This document shows positions 57,694-64,000 of a DNA stretch of 64,000 nucleotides, piece by piece. The position numbers were made by a program, and so were the translations under genes. The notes beneath the pieces were generated by a model. That model did not search any database and was not told the DNA's origin. It was given only the letters and a program-made list of their open reading frames with translations. This DNA is from Acidobacteriota bacterium (lineage in GTDB: Bacteria > Acidobacteriota > UBA6911), in contig OY761556.1 of NCBI GenBank assembly GCA_963664705.1, positions 5,184,001 through 5,248,000 on the forward strand, given 5' to 3'. The stretch's first letter is position 1. Every line of letters begins with the position of its first letter.

Positions 57694-57833
57694 AATTTGA
57701 ACGTATTAATTACCATATTGAGTAAGGAGAAGCCAGCAGTCAGAAGACGTAAGCCCGGAATACATCGTCACGGCCGCAGCTTCAGGCTTCTGTCTCCTTT
57801 CTTTGACCACGCAAAGACGTGTAAAATGAAGCC

Positions 57834-58889
57834 ATGCTGGATGGGACAAAACATAACTTTGTGGGCGCCTCCTTTGAGGAAATAGCGGCCGCCATTGGCG
57901 GGCTGGATCAGCCGCGCTATCGTGCGCGTCAAATCTACGCGGGAATCTACCGGCGCCTGCTGCAATCCTGGGATGGTTTTTCGGATCTTGGGAAGCAACT
58001 CCGGGAAACGCTCAAAGAACAGTTCGTTATTGAGTACCCTCCCGTACAACAGGTGTTTGTCTCCCGGGATGGAACGCGCCGGTATCTGTTCGAGGTCGGT
58101 CCGGGACAGCGGATCGAGTCTGTGTTCATTCCGGAAGAGCGCAGAGATACTTTCTGCATATCCACCCAGGTGGGCTGTGCCGTCGGCTGTCTATTCTGCG
58201 TCACCGGAAAGCTCCCCATGCGTCGCAATCTGCTGCCGGGCGAGATTGTTGGTCAGATCCTGTCTATGCAGGCCGATCGAGGCACCGCTGTAAAGCGTCT
58301 GAATATTGTCATCATGGGCATGGGTGAGCCGTTTCACAATTATGATAACGTTATGAAATCGATACGATTGATGACCGACGATGGCGGAATGTCCATTTCA
58401 CCCCGCCGAATCACCCTCTCCACGTCGGGCGTCGTACCGGGAATCCAGAGGCTGGCAGAGGAACCTGTCATTCCGAACCTTGCCATATCACTGAACGCAA
58501 CCACTGATGCTGTTCGCGACCTTCTTATCCCGATAAACAAGAAGTGGAATATTGCAGCACTGCTGCAGGCCTGCCGGGATTTTCCACTCGCACATCGCCA
58601 GAGAATTACTTTCGAATATGTGCTGATCGGAGGAATGAATGATTCGCCGGAGGATGCCCGGCGGCTGGCGCGGCTGCTTCAGGGTCTCCAGAAAAAAATA
58701 AACCTGATCCCGCTTAATGCAGACCCATGGATCCCCCTGAAGGCTCCAAGCCCGGAGCGGATTCAGGAATTCCAGCAGATCCTGATCGATCATCAAATCA
58801 CGGTTAACGTGCGGCGTCCACGCGGAGAAGATGTATCCGCCGCCTGCGGCATGCTGGCCGGACGGGAGCTTGCACCGGCTCGCTTGTAA
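57834..58889 (+). CDS. rlmN: Dual-specificity RNA methyltransferase RlmN
   Basis: CISTQVGCAVGCLFC, MGMGEP, ITFEYVL, AACGML. Confidence 0.96.
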   Translation: MLDGTKHNFVGASFEEIAAAIGGLDQPRYRARQIYAGIYRRLLQSWDGFSDLGKQLRETLKEQFVIEYPPVQQVFVSRDGTRRYLFEVGPGQRIESVFIPEERRDTFCISTQVGCAVGCLFCVTGKLPMRRNLLPGEIVGQILSMQADRGTAVKRLNIVIMGMGEPFHNYDNVMKSIRLMTDDGGMSISPRRITLSTSGVVPGIQRLAEEPVIPNLAISLNATTDAVRDLLIPINKKWNIAALLQACRDFPLAHRQRITFEYVLIGGMNDSPEDARRLARLLQGLQKKINLIPLNADPWIPLKAPSPERIQEFQQILIDHQITVNVRRPRGEDVSAACGMLAGRELAPARL

Positions 58890-58925
58890 AGACGCAGCGG
58901 CCGCCGGAACAATTACTGCTGCCTG

Positions 58926-59780
58926 TTATGGAATGACGGAGGCGCTCCCGGTGAGCTTCCACCCTATCACAGCCATCATCCGACCGGATAACGTCCCCTG
59001 CGCGCGGTAAGAAAAAAACAGATCGGGCCGGCAGACTGTACAGGCACACGAATCATACCGATTTCCCGGCGGAATGCCGGCAGTATCCATCTGGATATCC
59101 AGCACGCCGCATAAATCCAGCAGGTACTTGCCGGGACGATCCTCTCGCGGCTTCACCAGGTGCGTGCACCTGTATTCCCTTTCAAAAGGCTCGATGACAT
59201 CGTCGCCCACCTCAAAGCAGCAGCTCCGAATGCCCGGTCCCACGGCAACGAGAAGATCTTCCGCACAACTTCCGAAAGCACGCTTCATTTCGGAGATTGT
59301 CCCCGGCAAAATGCCGGATAGTGTTCCGCGCCAGCCGGAATGCACCGCCGCAATGGCATGATTTACGGGGTCGGCTATCAACACCGGCAGGCAATCGGCA
59401 ACCTTCACTCCGAGAGCAATGTTTGCTGCCGAGGTGGCAATTGCGTCTCCTTCCGATTGTTTCCATTCCGAGAGTTTATCCTCTATGATATGAACACGAT
59501 TGGAATGGACCTGGTGCAGCGTGGCAAGCGGCAATTCTTCCAGCCCGAGCGCGGACAGGAATCGCTGACGATTCTCGTCAACGCGGGTATCGGAATCCCA
59601 GGGCAGGTAATTGAGATTCAGAGAATGCCCGTTGCCGCCGGATCCTCCTTTGCGTGTGGAAAAGCCGTGGCGAAGGTCCGGGATCGTTTCAAATGCGGTA
59701 CAACTGTAAAAACTAATCCCCCGGGATTCACGAAGGGTAAAGCCTTCCTTCTTCATGTCACGAATTCTGGGGTGTTGCAA
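58926..59780 (-). CDS. pgeF: Peptidoglycan editing factor PgeF/YfiH (laccase-domain protein)
   Basis: HGFSTR, QVHSN, ADCLPV, HSGWRG, CCFEVG, FFSYR. Start may be 59756. Confidence 0.93.
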   Translation of the reverse strand: MQHPRIRDMKKEGFTLRESRGISFYSCTAFETIPDLRHGFSTRKGGSGGNGHSLNLNYLPWDSDTRVDENRQRFLSALGLEELPLATLHQVHSNRVHIIEDKLSEWKQSEGDAIATSAANIALGVKVADCLPVLIADPVNHAIAAVHSGWRGTLSGILPGTISEMKRAFGSCAEDLLVAVGPGIRSCCFEVGDDVIEPFEREYRCTHLVKPREDRPGKYLLDLCGVLDIQMDTAGIPPGNRYDSCACTVCRPDLFFSYRAQGTLSGRMMAVIGWKLTGSASVIP

Positions 59781-59812
59781 CCCTCTCTGTCAACTCGCAT
59801 TCGGAGCTAGCA

Positions 59813-60187
59813 ATGATCATCGGCACTGGAGTGGATCTGGTTGAAATCGAGCGATTGCGCAAGGTACTCGAAAAACTCAAAGACCGTTTTGTGCATCGGG
59901 TATTTACAGCTCAGGAACAACAGTATTGCAGCGCCCATCGGGATCCGGCTCCCCATTTCGCCGCCCGCTTTGCCGCCAAAGAAGCTCTCTTCAAAGCGCT
60001 TGGCACCGGGTGGGCGCGGGGAGTGACCTGGCTGGATGTAGAGGTGCGCCGGGAAAGACAGGATGCCCCGATCCTGCGCCTGTCGGGTGAAGCGCTAAGA
60101 CTTAGCGAGTCCATGGGGGCGCACAAAATACACTTGAGCCTGTCCCACTCCGATCAGTGGGCGATTGCGATGGTTATCCTGGAGTAA
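59813..60187 (+). CDS. acpS: Holo-ACP synthase
   Basis: GTGVDLVEIER, ARFAAKEA, LSLSHS. Confidence 0.95.
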   Translation: MIIGTGVDLVEIERLRKVLEKLKDRFVHRVFTAQEQQYCSAHRDPAPHFAARFAAKEALFKALGTGWARGVTWLDVEVRRERQDAPILRLSGEALRLSESMGAHKIHLSLSHSDQWAIAMVILE

Positions 60188-60220
60188 GGCATTGCATTTG
60201 TGTTTCGGCTGCGGTTTCCC

Positions 60221-60502
60221 TCACTCAAAAACATCCACAACGCGGGATTCCTCGGGCTGCTCGAACTTTGTGATGGCGCGGAGCAGTTCTTCCATGAATG
60301 GGCTGGTTACACGCCCGGGTGCCGGCTGCGCCGCCCCTTCGGACGGTTTTACCAGCTCCGCGGCAGCGGCGATCTCAACCTCGATTTTCTGAAGTCCAGA
60401 GGTCCCTTCCGGCGGCCGGGAGGGCATCCGCATTTTCTGCTCAGCTACATTCCACTGTAGATCGCTTTGATCCAATATCCTTAAAATCGATGGCAACAAC
60501 AT
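60221..60502 (-). CDS. Small hypothetical protein
   Basis: 93-aa ORF filling the gap after mtaB on the same strand; protein-like composition, no recognised motif. Confidence 0.45.
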   Translation of the reverse strand: MLLPSILRILDQSDLQWNVAEQKMRMPSRPPEGTSGLQKIEVEIAAAAELVKPSEGAAQPAPGRVTSPFMEELLRAITKFEQPEESRVVDVFE

Positions 60503-60612
60503 ATAGCTGTAAATGCTCCCGGGCAGACAGATCGGCTTTCCACACCGGCCGGTTTGTGAGCGGAATCACCAAGCTGTTTCTCTACAACCAATAGGATGGC
60601 AAATATATGCAA

Positions 60613-61914
60613 TTAAACGGCAGAGCCGCGGGTTGCGGCAGGTGCAACTTCGTCAATGCAGATGTTCAGAAGGCGATTCGGAGGAATGGCGAGTCCGGGA
60701 ATTCGGACATGGATATAGTTGCTTGTCAGAACAACCGACTCTCCCAGGTCTTCCTCTTTGGCGAGCGTTATGGCGGGGAGAATCTGTCCCAGAAACCGTC
60801 GACGGAACGCCAGGCTCTTTTCGCGGGAAATGTCCAGCAGTCTGTGAAGACGCTGCTTCATCACCGCCGAAGGTATCCGGCCGGGAAGTGCGCAGGCTTC
60901 GGTTCCTTCCCTTGGAGAAAAGGGAAATACGTGAAGGTAGGTCAGCGGGGATTCCTGCACCAGCGTACAGGTTTCGGCGAAATCCTCGTCCGTTTCACCG
61001 GGGAATCCTACAAGGATATCGGTTCCGAGCCCGACATCCGGAATGGCCTCCTGCACGGCTCGAAAGAGTTCCCGAATACGGGCCGCTCTGTATGGACGCC
61101 TCATCGCTTTCAGAATGCGATCACTTCCGCTTTGGATTGGAACGTGGAAGTGGCGGGCAAAAACGGAATTCTCTGCCACCAGTTGAATGATCGCGCGTTC
61201 AAACATCATCGGCTCAATGCTGCTCAAGCGCACGCGGCCAAGGCCTGGGATCGGCACGATATCGCGCAGCAGATCAATCAGATGTCCATGCCCTTTGATT
61301 TTGCGCCCATAGGTACCCAGATTGATTCCCGTTAAGACTATCTCCTGGAAACCCGCATCCACGAGAGACCGGATTTCGGCAAGAATATTTTCCGGTCGCA
61401 CGCTTCTGCCCGGGCCGCGCACATGTGGAACAATGCAATAGGAACAGCGGCAATCACAGCCATCCTGCAGTTTGACCAGTGGCCGGGTTTTTCCTCCGGT
61501 AGAGGCCATGGGTGAAAGCAGACAGTCCGCATCCGCGGACAGGGGAGCATGAATGATCTTTCCCTGGGCTTGATGTTCGAGGTCATCCAATATTTCGGGC
61601 AGCCGGTCTCGCTCGGCATTTCCAATGACAAGCCGGACTCCGGGAATCGCGGCTAAAGTCTCAGGATCCCGCTCGGCATAACATCCGGTTACGATGACAT
61701 TTGCATCGGGATTCTCGCGGTGAAGCCGCCGAAGTGTCTGGCGAATCTGCTGATCCGATCGATGAGTTACCGTGCAGGTATTGACGATAATGAAGTCGGC
61801 GTCATTGGCATTCTCCACCTCCGACATGGAACGGCGGCACAGACCTTCACGGATTGCCGCGCTGTCAGCCTGATTGCAGCGACAGCCGAAGGTCCGGACA
61901 GAAAACTTAGACAT
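60613..61914 (-). CDS. mtaB: tRNA t6A37 methylthiotransferase MtaB
   Basis: TFGCRCNQ, VNTCTVT, TGCYAE, QDGCDCRCSYC, RLSSIEP, LHVFPFSPREGT. Confidence 0.93.
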   Translation of the reverse strand: MSKFSVRTFGCRCNQADSAAIREGLCRRSMSEVENANDADFIIVNTCTVTHRSDQQIRQTLRRLHRENPDANVIVTGCYAERDPETLAAIPGVRLVIGNAERDRLPEILDDLEHQAQGKIIHAPLSADADCLLSPMASTGGKTRPLVKLQDGCDCRCSYCIVPHVRGPGRSVRPENILAEIRSLVDAGFQEIVLTGINLGTYGRKIKGHGHLIDLLRDIVPIPGLGRVRLSSIEPMMFERAIIQLVAENSVFARHFHVPIQSGSDRILKAMRRPYRAARIRELFRAVQEAIPDVGLGTDILVGFPGETDEDFAETCTLVQESPLTYLHVFPFSPREGTEACALPGRIPSAVMKQRLHRLLDISREKSLAFRRRFLGQILPAITLAKEEDLGESVVLTSNYIHVRIPGLAIPPNRLLNICIDEVAPAATRGSAV

Positions 61915-62413
61915 CCCTGGCTTTCCTTAATGCAGCGTCCCGCTGCTCCACCTTATCCGCCAACTGCTTTTTATATTTGTGCAGACGCTCCGCAAGCGCT
62001 GCATCGCCACGGGCAAGAATTTGGGCGGCCAGCACCGCCGCATTGCTGGCGCCGGCCTTTCCGATCCCCATGGTTGCTACCGGAACACCGGCCGGCATCA
62101 TGGACGTGGAAAGCAGCGCATCCAACCCGTTCAAAGGAGAGGAATCAATGGGAACGCCGATCACAGGAAGGATTGTGTGGGCGGCTATGACGCCGGCCAG
62201 ATGCGCCGCAGCTCCCGCACAGGCAATAACAACCTGCACTCCGCGATTTTCCAGCTCCACGGCATATTTCTGCGTGCGATCGGGAGAACGATGCGCGCTG
62301 GAAATCACCAGTTCATTTTCAATGCCGAAATCCTTCAGTACTTTCAGCATATCTTCAATCACGGGATAATCTGAATCGCTGCCCAGCACAATGGCGACTT
62401 TAGGTTGGCTCAC
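61907..62413 (-). CDS. purE: N5-CAIR mutase PurE
   Basis: GSDSD, SAHRSP, AGAAAHL, MPAGVPVAT; GTG start with SD GGAGAGG. Confidence 0.95.
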   Translation of the reverse strand: MSQPKVAIVLGSDSDYPVIEDMLKVLKDFGIENELVISSAHRSPDRTQKYAVELENRGVQVVIACAGAAAHLAGVIAAHTILPVIGVPIDSSPLNGLDALLSTSMMPAGVPVATMGIGKAGASNAAVLAAQILARGDAALAERLHKYKKQLADKVEQRDAALRKARDV

Positions 62414-62501
62414 AATATCCTCTCCGAAATAGGGGCAACCCTGCCCCTTTCCACGGTTTCCAAATCGGTTTTTCGTCGTCACGCAAAGGGAAAGAATGCT
62501 C

Positions 62502-63779
62502 CTATTTTTTCAAACCCTTCATCCCAATGTCCCGGCGATAGTGCATGCCCTCAAAATTTATCTTGTTAACGGCCTCATACGCCGACATTATCGCGGACGA
62601 GAGGTCCTGATCCACGGCGGTCACGCCAAGAACGCGGCCTCCGTCAGTAACGAACCGGTCGCCTTCGAGGCGGGTCCCGGCGTGAAACACGGCGACGCGT
62701 CGATCTTCTTCCGCCATTTCAAGTCCTGATATAATTTTACCTTTTGCATACGGGCCGGGATAGCCTCCGGACGCCAGCACCACGCAAACAGCGGCTCCGC
62801 TGTTCCAGGTTGCCTTGTAGGAATTCAAACGACCCTGGCAAAGCGCTTCGCACAGCTCGGCAAAATCGCTGGTCAGCCGTGTCAGGATGACCTGGCATTC
62901 CGGATCTCCCATCCGGACGTTGAACTCCATTACCTGCGGTCCCCGGCTGGTCAACATCAGTCCGGCATACAGGATGCCTTTAAACGGAAATCCTTCATTT
63001 TTCATCCCCTCAATTACGGGACGTATCACTTTTTTTAGAACGGTCCGCTCAAGATCGGGACCAAGAATATCGTCGGTCGAATAGGTTCCCATTCCTCCGG
63101 TATTCGGACCGGCATCGTTGTCATAGGCGGCTTTATGGTCCCTCGCTGCCACCGCGGGGAGTATCGTCTCACCATCGGTGAACACGATGTATGAAGCTTC
63201 AATCCCTTCCAGGAATTCCTCGAGCACAATCCGGTCGCCGGATGCACCGAATTCGCGATCCACCATAATCCTCTGAATGGCGGAGCGGGCCTCCTCTTCC
63301 GTCTGCGCCACGACAACGCCCTTTCCGGCTGCCAAGCCATCCGCCTTAACAACAAGCGGATAACGCGCTTCGCCGGATTTCAGAAACGCGAGAGCCATGT
63401 CAGGATCCGTATAGATGGCATATTGAGCGGTAGGAATCTTGTGCCGGGCCATGAAGTCTTTTGCAAAAACTTTGCTGGATTCAAGCTGCGCCGCATCCGC
63501 CGAGGGGCCCAGGACCGGAATGCCGGCCACTGTCAGGGCATCTGCCAGCCCCGCTGCCAGGGGCGCTTCAGGCCCAATGACAACGAAATCCACTTTTTCC
63601 TTCCGCACAAAATCGATAATGCCGGCAGCGTCTTCCTGTGGAATAGGTACACATCTGGCTATCCGCGAAATGCCCGCATTCCCAGGCGCACAGAAGATTA
63701 CGCGCACACGGGAGCTTTGCTTTAGTTTCCAAACGAGGGTGTGTTCTCTTCCACCGGATCCGATTACAAGTATTCTCAT
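62502..63779 (-). CDS. purD: Phosphoribosylamine--glycine ligase
   Basis: GSGGREH, KADGLAAGKGV, GPNTGGMG, EFNVRMGDPE, GGRVL. Confidence 0.97.
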   Translation of the reverse strand: MRILVIGSGGREHTLVWKLKQSSRVRVIFCAPGNAGISRIARCVPIPQEDAAGIIDFVRKEKVDFVVIGPEAPLAAGLADALTVAGIPVLGPSADAAQLESSKVFAKDFMARHKIPTAQYAIYTDPDMALAFLKSGEARYPLVVKADGLAAGKGVVVAQTEEEARSAIQRIMVDREFGASGDRIVLEEFLEGIEASYIVFTDGETILPAVAARDHKAAYDNDAGPNTGGMGTYSTDDILGPDLERTVLKKVIRPVIEGMKNEGFPFKGILYAGLMLTSRGPQVMEFNVRMGDPECQVILTRLTSDFAELCEALCQGRLNSYKATWNSGAAVCVVLASGGYPGPYAKGKIISGLEMAEEDRRVAVFHAGTRLEGDRFVTDGGRVLGVTAVDQDLSSAIMSAYEAVNKINFEGMHYRRDIGMKGLKK

Positions 63780-63898
63780 ATGGCCTCAAAAATTATTTAC
63801 AATAGCGCATGCGCGTCAGGCAAGCCTGCTGGGAGCGCCATGGAAGTTGCCGCGCTCTTGACAGTGAGACGCCGGCGCTCCCAAGTGCAGGCTCGCGA

Positions 63899-64000
63899 TC
63901 AACCGTTCAGGTGGAGCGATTTCAAATAGGCCCGAAACTCCGGACCCAGCTCTTCATTCTTTAAGGCAAACTCCACGGTTGCCTGCAAAAAGCCCAGCTT
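63899..64000 (-). CDS. galU: C-terminal end of UTP--glucose-1-phosphate uridylyltransferase (runs off the window)
   Basis: Manual translation KLGFLQATVEFALKNEELGPEFRAYLKSLHLNG*, typical GalU C-terminus. Confidence 0.75.
   Translation of the reverse strand, partial: KLGFLQATVEFALKNEELGPEFRAYLKSLHLNG

Overview
A gene-dense, mostly housekeeping bacterial window. It is probably Acidobacteriota, inferred from the GWxTD protein, the divergent Hfq paralog and the zinc-ribbon/PEGA/TPR protein. Contents in order: radA-PIN/TRAM-ispDF-gltX-rlmB, a PilGHI/Xap-like ABC unit, two paralogous PAS-GAF-GGDEF genes, a Cys-type cytochrome c maturation (ccm) operon, AOR, pepP, trpS, an acyl-CoA dehydrogenase, glycosyltransferases with rmlABD, smpB, pepA, pdxA, holB/tmk, hydA-like, hutU, purB, rlmN, acpS, mtaB, purED and the end of galU. 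No tRNA, rRNA or CRISPR was recognised. The strongest signal is a non-autonomous element family derived from a GxxExxY (PD-(D/E)XK-like) gene. One copy (53358-53762) has perfect 29-bp inverted repeats built from 9-mers around an internally deleted GxxExxY gene, and is flanked by an 81-bp direct duplication of the hutU 3' end. A more deleted version is amplified as a 7-copy, ~250-bp tandem array at 9387-11129. Other oddities: an active/degenerate diguanylate cyclase pair (one with an AhpD/CMD-like N-terminus), a HolB with a doubled zinc module, a dihydropyrimidinase homolog missing two metal ligands, a REPIN-like 200-bp palindrome and a heptamer repeat tract. All calls come from manual motif reading; no database searches were run.
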